Below, piece by piece: positions 13,341 through 25,399 of a stretch of DNA of 64,000 nt. The notes under the pieces were generated by a model. It saw only the letters and a list, made by a program, of their open reading frames with translations. It had not been told where the DNA came from and searched no databases. The translations under genes and the position numbers were made by a program. Each line of letters starts with the position of its first letter. The stretch's first letter is position 1. The DNA is from Eledone cirrhosa. Its lineage: Eukaryota. The stretch is from positions 28,892,001-28,956,000 of the forward strand of contig OZ024748.1 of assembly GCA_964016885.1 (NCBI GenBank). The letters run 5' to 3'.

Positions 13341-13581
13341 GACGTATGTATGTGTGTATTTAAAGCAAGATTTAAAGCCGTACGGAAAGGGAAACCCCGC
13401 AGCAAATGAACTTGATGTTTAACAAAAATATAATAACTAACTACTAGTTCAAGCTAATAAATATTGTTAACAAATAGAAGCACCGATTAAATGAAATTTT
13501 TTTTTTTTTTTTTAAATTAATTAATGTAATCAAATAAAATATCCCTATCAATTGTTTTTATTCTGCGTCTGGATAGATAAC

Positions 13582-13612
<31 letters not shown>

Positions 13613-13619
13613 ACTAATC

Positions 13620-14700
13620 ATCATCACCACCTGCTTGCAAAGGTGCGACGGGTTCTTTTCAGCACAGCATCTCTCCATTCGTCACGGTCCTTCGTCATCT
13701 CCTCTGTAAGCTTCAGCTCTCACCCAATAGTCATCATCCATGCGCCTCACACTGCTATACCAACGTAGTCTTCTCTCCTGCACACTACAGTTTATTCCTC
13801 TTATACACAGTTTCTCTCTCAACTCGTTCGTGCTTGGTCGTTTATGCACATCCATCGGGGCATGTTTGCTTCATTTCTCTCCAGCTTTCGCATATCCCCG
13901 ACAGTTGCTGCCCATGTCTCACTACCATGTAGCATCGCACATCCCACACATGCATCATACAACCGACCTTTCGTTGTCAACAGACGAAGCAGCTCCCTAA
14001 ACCTCTTCCATCCTGTCCTTATTCTAGATACTCTGACCTCGGTGTATCCTCCTCCTTTGCTAATTTGATCACCTAGATATCGGAAGCTATCAACCACCTC
14101 TATAGATCCTACCTTTGTTTGAAAAATGTGCCTATCACTGACACTTTTACTATCAATTTTCCCTGAATATCTACGGCATATGTAGTTTTCCCTACCTGTT
14201 AGTTTGCCTGCTATCCCAATAGACCTCTTATGTACTAAGATCTGCATTGTGTACATTTTATATAGTTTATGCCAACACTTTTTCTACCTATCGATCATGG
14301 CCATTTCCCTGATGAAACTAGTCTTGTCCTCTTTACTTCTTACCATTACTTTAGTCTTTGCTAGGTTTACTCTAAGTCCTTTTGACTCTAACTACTGTTT
14401 CCACAGCCAGAATTTATTCTCTATAAGCACTAAATCATCAGCATAGAGAAGTTCCCATGAGCAGCCAGTCTTAAACTCCTCTCTTATGGCTTGGAGAACT
14501 ATAATGAATAAAAGTGGGCTGAGGACCAAACCCTGATGCACTCCTTGTACTGTAATTCCTCACTAAACGCCATTCCTACCCTCACTTTACTGACAGCTCC
14601 TCTATTCATAGTTTGCACTGTCCCCACAAGCCATTCCTCTACACCTAGTTTCCTTAGGGACCACCAGATGACAGATTGGAGTACTCTATCAAAGGCCTTT
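13620..14700 (-). mobile_element. RTE family A fragment
   Basis: WELLYADDL, FRYLGDQIS, AMLHGSETW. Confidence 0.85.
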
Positions 14701-14733
14701 CAGCAGAAAAATCTTTAAAATAAGTGTTTTGGT

Positions 14734-15860
14734 TGTAGAAAGGATCCTTAATGAAGATTAGGTTATAAGGCTGCTTGTTTAGAGTTTCATGTTGAGGAAA
14801 GGATCAAATAAATAAGTACAGCGAGGAATGTATATAAAAGGTTTATTTTTCTCCGTAAAATATTACAATAGAACGTTGTGGCATATATATAGGTAGGATG
14901 TTGCTGGACCCTTGCTAAGAGGGCCAAAGTTCTTTGCCAGCAACTGGCAAGATGAAATGTTTCATCTTGCCAGTTGCTCCAGGGAACGCCATTAGTAACG
15001 TCTTGTCTCTACGAAAATGAAGCTGCAACTCTTTAGAAGTGAAAAGAAAGGCGCGAAGCAACTGCTGGGCGGAAGTAGACTTTTTGGTATTCATACACCG
15101 CCAAGCCTAACGGCTGGCGAGTGACAAAGTACGACCCAATCGTTCCGCCGCGATATGGTAGTGCCATTGCTTGCATTACAGTGAAGCATGTTGGCTCGTT
15201 GTCAAAGACCTAAAACTTTTGCCTATTAATTACACGACCGACCAGGGGTCCAATAAAGGTGTAACGGAATTCTCCAATAAATTACCCGGCGAAGATTCGA
15301 AACCGAATCTAAGAGTTCTCGCATCTAGGACCACCTATTATTGGAAGTTCCCACGATTGTCCTGTCAAGAAACAAGTATGACAAACGTGCATACCACTTG
15401 ACCTGTGACCCCAGCATGTAGACAGCGGAAACACAGATGGCTACTCATAAATCTGTAGCGAAATCTGTCCATACCTCGAGCCCTGGGTGACACTTAAAGG
15501 TCAAATTCTAGGTCACCACCCTTTTGGCGTAAACAAGTTGATGCGTGGGCGATCTTTCGAGGCAGGGGACAGAGGAAGTTAGAGATATAAATAGCCTGTA
15601 CCAGGAGAGAGAAGGTTCAATCACCACGAGAACTACTACCTGACTGCAACGACCAACAAACATTGTCTGGTCACTCGCTGTTTTACATCAACAACAAAAA
15701 AACATTGTCAACCTTTGTGACTAGTAGTAACCTATTTGTTGTTCTTTTTAACTGAAGTGGAGTAAATTTTATATCAAACGTAAACCAGCTATTCGTGTTA
15801 TTTCTTCTAACGATAACTACTAACTGTGCTTCGCTTCAAATCAACTCCATATACACATCC
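14734..15860 (+). mobile_element. Probable solo LTR or LTR-like segment
   Basis: GC/CpG-richer non-coding block with candidate TG...CA ends, TATA-like gatataaatag near 15585 and AGTAAA downstream; no TSD found. Confidence 0.4.
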
Positions 15861-16589
15861 TTCTAGCCATAGGGTTATTATAAATAGAAGGACTTGGGGA
15901 ACCCAGCAGCAGTCCTAGAGAGAATAACGATGTAGCCAATTCACTTTTACTCTATCTCTCTCTCCTGGCCTCACTGGCTCTCACCTTCTCGGTCACAGAC
16001 TACACCACCAGACAGAGAGACCCCGAGCAGCAAGCAGTCCGTGAGAGATAACGATGTAGGCATCAGCAGACCTTTTACTCTTTCTCTCTCCTGGCCTAAG
16101 GATCTCACATTTCATACTCGCTCGACAAATTTGTCCAACGACAGGATAGCAAAACATAAACACAGACGCAGTAGGATTTCGCTTTGTTTATGTTATTTCA
16201 TTTTGTTTCCTTGTTTATTTAAAAAAAATTTTAAATGTTATTCTTTGAAATAGAAGTTGCAATGCAAAATATTGTAGATAATAAACAACATTAACATAGT
16301 CAAACCTGATTATCTACCCTCGACTGATTTTTCCAAAGTTAATTTATTTAACATCATGAAGAGAAAAGAAGAGTTATAACAGCTTGATCAGTAGAGCATC
16401 AGACTACATCCAGAATGCAAATACCGTCGAGGTCAAATTTGTCTTTCATTCTTTCTGGATCGATAAAATAAGTAGTGATCAAATACTGGAATCAATTTAG
16501 TTGATTAAACTCTTCGTCCCAAATTCCTGACCTTATGCCTAACTTAGAAACAATTGCTATAAATCCTAAACGGACGGTAGTCCGTTTAG

Positions 16590-17021
16590 TAATATTGTTG
16601 TGGTCGTGTTTTCGTTGGCAATCGTCTGTTTACGACAGTACAGCGCGGCTCTACTTTATTTAACTGAGATAAAACTTATATGAGCATGAACAGTAGATCA
16701 TTACGCATCTTTTGGCTTAAAAATCTAGAAATTTGGTCCAGCGGGAAAAAGTTTATAATCAAAGTTTGCTGATAAATCTTGTGTTCAAGTGAGTGAGTAG
16801 TAAGCGTGACGCTAGGGGAGGTAATCCAGAAATGACGACGTTTGGAAAAGTTTAATTACTGCATGAAAGAAATGATTCAAAAATTGAACTTGCCCAATCT
16901 TCACAACATTGAAAATTGGTCAAAATTTGACAAATCTGACTTCAAACCAGATATGATTCATTTGAACAATGTTGGAAATCTTAAATTGACACAAATTTTT
17001 GCCAATGTTTTTGCCACCTGA
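16590..17021 (+). pseudogene. Disrupted SGNH/GDSL hydrolase-like coding remnant
   Basis: C-terminal FNYCMKEMIQKLNLPNLHNIENWSKFDKSDFKPDMIHLNNVGNLKLTQIFANVFAT* has the DxxHxNxxG motif; frameshifted NIVVVVF/VGNR near 16590 resembles block III. Confidence 0.55.
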
Positions 17022-17201
17022 TCCTTGTTCTATGGCTGACTGACTAATTTTGTGACTTAATAAAATGTCATCATACTAGTAATGCACAATGGTCATTTTT
17101 AAATTTAAATTTTATTAAATAGTTGTTGCTTGCATTGCCTTAAAATAGTAACAAGAATGTACACATACTTATTAAAAATACATCATTATCAGTCAAATCA
17201 G

Positions 17202-17561
17202 TCAAATGTCACTAAAAGCCAGGTGGTTGATAACAACTTCTATAAGATTAGTTACATGCTCACACATTGGATCACCTCTCATCAATGGCATTGGGTGTCT
17301 GAGATAATCGTGGAGATAACTGATGAAGTCACAAATGAAGAGATGGTCTTCCAGTGTGAACAACTCCCTATATCCATTGATATATGTGATGGCTTCCGAT
17401 TCATAGGTGCATTTTATGAGGAATTCCATGCATCCGATTTTCAGTGATTTAATGGGCATTTTATCAGAGATGATAAGGTATTTGACCACGTTTTGCTTTG
17501 TAAGTAAATTGGAGAGAATCACTGCAGTCAAAGTCATTTCTTTGCATGGGTTTTTGTCCAT
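17202..17561 (-). CDS. Uncharacterised 119-aa ORF
   Basis: ATG-initiated, stop-free, globular-looking sequence, preceded by ttttag and a GTAAGT donor at 17605; no family recognised. Confidence 0.35.
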   Translation of the reverse strand: MDKNPCKEMTLTAVILSNLLTKQNVVKYLIISDKMPIKSLKIGCMEFLIKCTYESEAITYINGYRELFTLEDHLFICDFISYLHDYLRHPMPLMRGDPMCEHVTNLIEVVINHLAFSDI

Positions 17562-17834
17562 TCTAAAAAGTTAAAATGATAAAGTATTACTACTATATAA
17601 CTTACATCTATTGTTGTAACACCATTGAAATGCACAAGTTTCACCAATTCACTATTATGCACTAATCATCTCAAATGCATTCATGATTTACTAGCTTTGT
17701 CATTAAGCCAGTTGCCTCAACTAGATTGCAATTATACTCAAAAGAACTTTAAAATGTCAATCACTTGTCAGTAATTCACTATGATCATTTAATTATTAGA
17801 TAGTTGTTGCTTGCATTGCCTTAAAAAATAGTAG

Positions 17835-18929
17835 ACCAGATAGAAAAATGCGTACAGCAAAAAAAAAGTAATATTGTTGGAATATAAACCTTTAAAAATA
17901 CAGGACAAGAAACTAAAATAAAACTTTAAAATAATAGGACAAGAAACTAAGATAAACCTTTAAAAGAATAGGACAAGAAACTAAGATAAAACTTTAAAGA
18001 ATTGGACAAGAAATAAAAAATTTTACAATAATATTAGTGGCAAAATTATTTTATTCGTTTCCTGTGCTATGCCCCAGTATCTTCTTGATTAGTGCATAAT
18101 AATTGTCATGCTTTCATTGTGCGTTGCCCCTGAGCGGTTGGTTCTGGTTGGGGTTGGTTGGCTGAGCAGTTCTGCTCCGTCAGAATGACCATTGCAAGAA
18201 GAATTGGCCGATGCAGCTGCAGGTCTCCTCCAAGAATGCACTTCTGGTCCCGCAACACCAGACGAAGATGGAGAAGACGACCGGGACAAGATGTCGACTC
18301 TGACCACCGACTACGGCACCTCCCTCAACCACCGGTCCTCCCTCCTTCTGTCCCGTCATCCCTCCAGTCCTCCTGCTCCCCCTTCCTGTACCAGAAAGCT
18401 GTGGCACGCATTCATCTGGACTGCCGGACTTGAACTCAAGGACAAGATGCAAGGAGAAGATGGACGGGTTGGTCAAGATCAAGGATGAGCGGGACGACAA
18501 GACCGTCCGTTGCTGCTCAAGATCTGTGCTCATGGGCCCATGGGTCCATTCACATTATGCATGACACATGAGGCGTGTCGCCGAATGATGAAATAGGGGT
18601 ATGGTTATGGCCCAATTGGTGTTCAAACCAGGATCAAATGATCCCCCGGTCTGACGACGACCTCTGAATGTGGAACCCAGAGCCTATGAATGTGGAACTC
18701 GATTTTTTACCAATAAAAATTTTGCCACTAATATTATTGTAAAATTTTTTATTTCTTGTCCAATTCTTTAAAGTTTTATCTTAGTTTCTTGTCCTATTCT
18801 TTTAAAGTTTTATCTTAGTTTCTTGTCCTATTCTTTTAAAGTTTTATTTTAGTTTCTTGTCCTGTATTTTTAAAGGTTTATATTCCAACAATATTACTTT
18901 TTTTTGCTGTACGCATTTTTCTATCTGGT
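17835..18929. mobile_element. Foldback-like DNA element with ~220-bp TIRs containing ~31-bp subrepeats and a GC-rich internal segment
   Basis: Ends accagatagaaaaatgcgtacagc / gctgtacgcatttttctatctggt; arms about 17835-18055 and 18712-18929 nearly identical; no TSD seen. Confidence 0.85.
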
Positions 18930-18967
18930 ATTATGATGGGCAGAAAAATGTCTGAAGAATATGTCAA

Positions 18968-19240
18968 GAGGTGCTTGGCCTAGTGGTAAGGGTGTTGGTC
19001 TTATGATCATAATGTCATGGGTTCGATTCTTGGACTGGGTTGTGTGTTACGTTCTTGAGCAAAACACTTCGTTGCTCCAGTATACTCAGCTGAAAATGAG
19101 TACCAGCCATGGCTAAGGGACTTAACCCTGCGATAGACTTGTGCCATGTTCAGCAGGGAGTCTTGTATTCTCAGTTGCTTCATGCCATGGAAAAGAGATA
19201 AGCACTAGCCTGATAAGCCTCCAGGCTCAAGACAAACTTT
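18968..19240 (+). mobile_element. Second tRNA-derived SINE family; also about 43040-43300, 27830-27975, 42060-42150
   Basis: A-box tggcctagtgg, B-box ggttcgattc, core cttgagcaaaacact...ctcagctgaaaatgagtacc. Confidence 0.8.
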
Positions 19241-19433
19241 AGACTTTGTACTATTTACCACTTCCTCAATGTTTAATATAACGATTGTGTTGTCTGTGCT
19301 AAAACAGAAGTGCCAATGATGTATGTAGACAAACGTTGAACAGTGACACTTAATGACAAAAATGCTATGTGACAACAAAGCTAATAGATACTACCTGTTG
19401 GGTTTGGACAATCACAAGGTGTGTAACTTTTAA

Positions 19434-19642
19434 CCTTATTGATACCAAACTGCCTGAAATTACCTCTGGTTCTATAATACTATGCTGTTTATTTTGAAGT
19501 GTTCATGTTTATCTAAGAACTTTTGTTTTGTTTTAAACATCAGCTTAATAATGAGAAAGTTAGTTATATTACTGAATCCCTCCAAATTCTTCATTATTTT
19601 AAAAATTATTTGAATAACATTTGAGATATGGGAATGAAAGGA
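19434..19642. mobile_element. TTAA-flanked piggyBac-type MITE (related partial copies near 11275 and 11497)
   Basis: TTAA at 19430-19433 and 19643-19646; degenerate cctt / aagg termini. Confidence 0.55.
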
Positions 19643-22145
19643 TTAACAAAAATAAGTTTTTCCAATAGTATTCCCGTACCCCACCCCACTCTGAGTTTTT
19701 CAGAGAAGATAGAGTGTCTGTGTCAATAGACACACATGTCCTGGCTTTATACAGTCACAATGGACTGATGTAAGAAACTCAAGTATCCGGAGTGAATTAG
19801 ATTTGGAGAAGCTGTGTAAGGAGCGAGTTTATGAGATTGGAGGGGTTGCTATGTGGATTTTATTTCAACAAGCTAAATTTATTCATGCCAATTTAGTGAA
19901 TATGTAGCATGCTTGGCAGATAGCTAGGAGCATCGACAGTGACGTAGGCCAGAATTTGGTGGCTATATTGAGAATCTGAGTAACATACCTGGAACTTCAC
20001 CAATGATGTAAGCCAGAGTTTGGTGGCTATACTAAGAAAGGATGTATAAGCAGAGAGACTAGTTGAGAACTACTGAACCTTAACACTGTCAAACACAGAG
20101 TTAAACATTTTCACAATATGATAGCTGCCCTAAATAAAGTTGTCAGAATGATCGTTACCTGGTATGATGTAGTGCAGAAATAGTCAGATCTTTCCTTGTT
20201 GGGATTCTGATCAATTTAGAACGGTTGAAAGCTTTAATGTGGTTAGTCTTTTCTAGATGACCCTTTTCATCAATAATTATGGGGGAGAATTTTAATCCTT
20301 GGTCTGATTGTTTAAAAAAAGTTGTACCAGAAAGGTGGTAAAAATAATAAGGTATTCAGGAGATGTGTGCAAAGAATCCATCCTATATGCATTAATTTTA
20401 TGCATGTGAATTGATTGCTTACAGGTTTATATCAAGAAGTTGCTGTCACATGTGAGAGACATCCAGGTGTCAGCCAAGCTTGTTTTGAATGTTATTCCAT
20501 CTTTAGTAAGCAAAGTCATGCAGTTTTTCTATATATGATAGTTTTAGCAAAAACAAATTGTATAGTATACAGATTTGATAAGGCTGAGATTTGGTCTTTA
20601 ACTTTCAAACAAATTTGAGTTTCATTTGAAGCAAAGGCAGGATGAAGAGAAAAGTAGCTGAGATTAACTGTCTTGATATATCTAAAAGGTTTCACTCCTC
20701 AATGTCACAGTTCAGAAGTAAAGATATGAATGGAAATCAGTTGAAGTTTTTGGCTATGTATAGCTTAGATTTACAGACATTTTCTTTCCACTTGGGAAAG
20801 CAAAAGCAGATGACCAATGAATAAAATATAGTCACACAATGTCAAGGACATGACAACCTCATTAATGTTGGTAACAATAAAAAGCACCCAGTACACTCTG
20901 TAAACTGGTTGGTGTTAGGGAAGAGCATCCAATTGAAGAAACACTGCTCAAAATGGGATACATTTGAATGAAACATGGTCCCTGACCTCTCTAACATGAC
21001 AGTGGCTCTAATAATATACTGAATAAGCTTGTAACAACCTATCTAACCCAGGCCAGTATAGAAAAGAGCATAAAATGATGATGAATATGAAATTTATTGT
21101 TTCTGTTTTATTTCTTTTATATCTAATTAGGATCAAGCTGCTGTTTAATTTTCAATTACTAGTTCAGCAATTCAAGTGAATAATACTTTGATTAGATGAA
21201 ATAAAATATACTTTGTGGAACCTATTTCTGTCTAGTTGTGTCAAATATACAATATCCCCATGATTGAATTCTGAGTTTAGTCCAGTTAAATATAAACCCA
21301 TTTGTTTTGGGACATTCTGTCCCAAATGAATTTATATTTGAGCCCAAGGGACCAACTGCTATAAAATGTTAGCTAGTCTCTTTCAATCCTACAGATAGTG
21401 ATTAGCATGTTCATAAGGTCCCTGATCAGGTGAGGTGCTGTGTTCTTGAGAAAGATGCTTTATTTATTATTGCTTTTCATGATAAGACAAGGGTTCCTAT
21501 CATTAAAACACCCAAATAAACCTCCCATGAAATGTAACCTCCTAGAGAGCCAGCTAAACTTACAGAAGTGTGAGCTGTAAGAACAACATATATATGTGTA
21601 TAGAACTAGGGCCCCTATCATTGAAACACCCAAGAAACCTCTTATGAGATGCAATCTCATAGACAGCCAGCTAAACCTGCATAGGAGAGAGGTATAAATT
21701 TCATTTCAAGCCTCACTAGCCTGGAGCTTACCCCAGTTTTATTGATGTTAAGAGATTGAAATATGCCAGTCTGTGTTAACAGAGGGGAAAGAAGACAATG
21801 ATTATAAAACAATAAAAACAACGTTTATATATGTTACACATAGAATTTAATCGAAAAATGTTTAAATTTTGCAAAGTTATATAATTAACTGTTGTATGGC
21901 ATCGGTGCAAAAATTGCAAAATTTCTTAAAGAAAAATGAAAGACAAATTTCTACTTAGACAGGAAATAAATCAGGCATTTCATAATGATTTGAAAATCAA
22001 GACAACCACAACAATACCATACCATCACGGTTTTCTTGTAGAAAATAAATGTTCAAACATTTATAGTCTATGAGAATCATTAATAAATGATAAATGCATA
22101 CAAATTAATACATGCAAAAGCAAATTGCTGCTTGCTTGCAATATG

Positions 22146-22186
<41 letters not shown>

Positions 22187-22417
22187 GTAATCAAAGTAGC
22201 CAGGTAAAGTAACCAAGCCGAAACTTCAATACCACTGCCACTTTTCTGCTTACAAAATCAATTTCTACACCTAACCCACCAGTATTAAATACTCCTTCGG
22301 TTAATGGTTTAAATACTACAGCATTTTCAACACATATTCTAATCTGTACATACACATATATATACCTATATATAATTGTAGTGCATTTGTATGTACACAC
22401 ACGCATACGCACATATA

Positions 22418-22486
<69 letters not shown>

Positions 22487-22581
22487 TCATATGTATATAT
22501 ATATATATATAGAGAGAGAGAGGTAGAACACTGGAAGGTAATATCCGTAGTGGTAGAGCACTCAGTCCATGGGACAAGTTT

Positions 22582-22647
<66 letters not shown>

Positions 22648-22727
22648 TTCTTTGACATATAGAAATATTTGTGCTAGTGTGTGTGTGTGTGTGTATATAT
22701 GTGTATATGTACACATATATACACTAG

Positions 22728-22944
22728 TTATTGATAACCCTGTAGACGCAGTATTGTAGGGTAGCGCTCTCGCACCGGAAGACATTTCCTTCTGTCAATA
22801 AAGATAGAATTTGTCTTGTTTGAAATTTCCTTCTCCAAAGTCATCCTTGTATCTTGAAGGTTTTTCAGAGAATTCTGAGATTCCTGAAGTCTCTTTCTCA
22901 GGTGTGTTATTGACATATTAAGTTCATCAACTTCTTGAACTAAT
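22728..22944 (-). CDS. TEKT4: Tektin-4, exon 7 (last coding exon)
   Basis: LVQEVDELN...LEKEISNKTNSIFIDRRKC...RYPTILRLQGYQ*; TEKT4-type C-terminus; acceptor tttag at 22945, phase 2. Confidence 0.92.
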
Positions 22945-23110
22945 CTAAATGAAAAAGATAAAACAAAAAATATATATATATAAACATGTATTGTTATACT
23001 TTAGGAGGGTCATGCTGCCAATAAAAACACATGCACCTGTTGGTTTTCACTTCAATTTATTGTAAATATTCTGTTGGTTGGTTCGATAACCAGAAGATTG
23101 TTTATATATT

Positions 23111-23153
23111 GTCAAAGATCTTTCGTCACACATTCTGTGACATCCTCAGTGAC
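23111..23153 (-). ncRNA. Minimal type-I hammerhead ribozyme motif
   Basis: guca CUGAGGA u gucaca-gaaug-ugugac GAAA gauc UU ugac: intact core, helices I and II, palindromic helix-III loop. Confidence 0.8.
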
Positions 23154-24175
23154 TGGGTTTTTATTTTGTGCATATCCTTTGTTCTGTCCTACACCATCTT
23201 GTTTTTGTGTGTTGGTCCTTGCTCTTTTATATACCCTGATCTTGTCTCTCTGATTGTAGCTATAGAACTGCATGCGGTGGATGAAATGTATGTGTCTCTC
23301 TCATTCTTTAGGACTGCACCTGCGGGACACATTCCGCATCACTCTTATTAAGTTCACAATCAATATATTGATTTTCATGTGATCCAAAACAGCTGAGTTT
23401 ACACCAAATGGGCAAAGATTGTAGAAAATGATGGAAATGGAACTTGCCCCATGTATAGGAGCAAACTGTGAACCAGAATAGAAAGGATTAAGAAAAAGGC
23501 AAATAAAATAAACTTATGGTATGATAGCAATAAAAACCAGAGTGTAATGTTTATTTCAAAGAACCCCCCGCACTGATAGGAAATGCATAGTCTACAAGCT
23601 AAGCCCGCAAACTAACTGCAAAACTAGAAATGTAGTATATAGCATAGGATGCACTGAGGGACAGTGTAGGAATAAGAACACAACATACATAAGTGAAACA
23701 GCCCGTAGCATAAGAGAAAGGATAAGTGAACACTGGCGAGAACTCCAGGATGGGAAAAACTCATCAATACTCCATCAACATGCCAAAATAGAACATAGGG
23801 GCACACTGGAGGACATAAAAATAAAAATTATATCCACACAGAAAAGCTGCAATGCTCACACAAATCGCAGAGGCGACAAACATAAACAAACACCAACCAA
23901 AATTAAACAGAAAACATGAGTGGAATAGTAACATCACAACTAGTAATTTAGGACAAAATGAAGACATACAGACACGCACAAAAACCAAACTAATAAAATA
24001 AATCAGACACACACAGATAGAACAAACAACCAACTAGTGACAAGTAAATAAATACATAAATAAATGAATAAAAACACACACACCTGGATGTAAAGCATGC
24101 ACAAACTAAGCTCACAACACACAAAAACAAGATGGTGTAGGACAGAACAAAGGAGAGGCACGAAATAAAAACCCA

Positions 24176-24218
24176 GTCACTGAGGATGTCACAGAATGTG
24201 TGACGAAAGATATTTGCA
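24176..24218 (+). ncRNA. Hammerhead ribozyme motif, degenerate copy in the PLE 3' UTR
   Basis: guca CUGAGGA u gucaca-gaaug-ugugac GAAA gaua UU ugca; the 3' strand of helix I is altered. Confidence 0.6.
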
Positions 24219-25399
24219 TCCTTTAAGACACTCATGCTTCCCGAAATATGCCAAAACTACACCTGATGTACCCCTTCCATACACATGCACACATGTGTGT
24301 ATCATGACTCGTGCACTGTTCATTTTACTGATGTTTGTGCATTGCCCTATGTACTGTACATGCACTTTTTTGATGAGTTGTGGTGCACCTGGGCACTGTA
24401 CACAATATTTCATTATTGTTATTGTTATTATATCATGACTCGTACACTGTTCATTTTCCTGACATTTGTACATTACTCTATGTACTATACATGCACCTTT
24501 GATGAGTTGTAGTGCACCTGAGCACTGTACACAATAATTTCATTATTATTATTATTATAAACAACCTTCTGGTTATCGAACCAACCAACAGGAAATTTAC
24601 AATAAATTGAAGTGAAAACCAACAGGTGCATGTGTTTTTATTGGCAGCATGACCCTCCCAAAGTATAACAATATCTGTTTCAACACGTTTTCAGATAAGA
24701 AATCTTGCAAAACAAATTAAAAAACAAAGTATATATATATATATATATAAATATATATATAGTAATAATAAATATAAGTATCTATAAACCCGTAGAGCAA
24801 ATATTTATTAATACAGATTAAAAGTTTAAGCAATAAATTTCTGCTTTCACCCTAAGCGGGATCATCTGAAACTGAGAAAAATCAATCTGTAGACACAGAA
24901 GTAAATATTTCCAAAAGGTTGCAACCAAATATTGCCTTTAGAAAACAGGAAAACATAACGGTAGTGCGTGAAGATGTTTAATTGAGATGAGCGCAATGTA
25001 TCCAAGGATAATGACATCCATATATGGAGTGAAAAGAATGAATTCATGCTATGAAAAAATCAGGAGATTTATATTCTTTTTAGAATAGCCAAATAATTTC
25101 CACCTACCATATATGAAAATGATGTAAATAATGGTAAAAGGATTAAACATAAAAATACAGGTATTAATAATAGTAAAAGTAATAATAATAATGAGAACAT
25201 TAATAGTAGTGTTTTTGGATTTAGGCTTGTGCATAAGTATGTGCTAACCAGCGTGGATGATATAGTGTATGAAAATTATACACACATGTATACATATATA
25301 TATAGGTACATATGTTCATGTACACATGTACATGCATGTATGCACACAAATGTATACATACACATACAGATACTCACATATATATGCATATACACACAT

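Larger units (their letters stand above)
22990..24730 (+). mobile_element. 5'-truncated Penelope-like element with GIY-YIG endonuclease and inverted pseudo-LTR, inserted in (TA)n
   Basis: 23580-23930 encodes NCKTRNVVYSIGC...TYISETARSIRERISEH...ILHQHAKIEH...LNRKHEW; 22990-23215 is the reverse complement of 24110-24215 plus 24555-24675. Confidence 0.85.

Noticed and set aside
19210-19230. CTGATAA/CTGATGA plus hairpin in SINE tails (also about 43261)
   Set aside because: No GAAA or UH after the hairpin, so not a hammerhead
20560-20830. EINCLDISKRFHS, resembling a CR1 RT motif
   Set aside because: Too decayed to delimit; probably an old LINE fragment
22191-22785. Long YIYIYI ORFs (also near 25.2, 27.2, 31.8 and 38.6 kb)
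   Set aside because: Translations of (TA)n/(CA)n microsatellites
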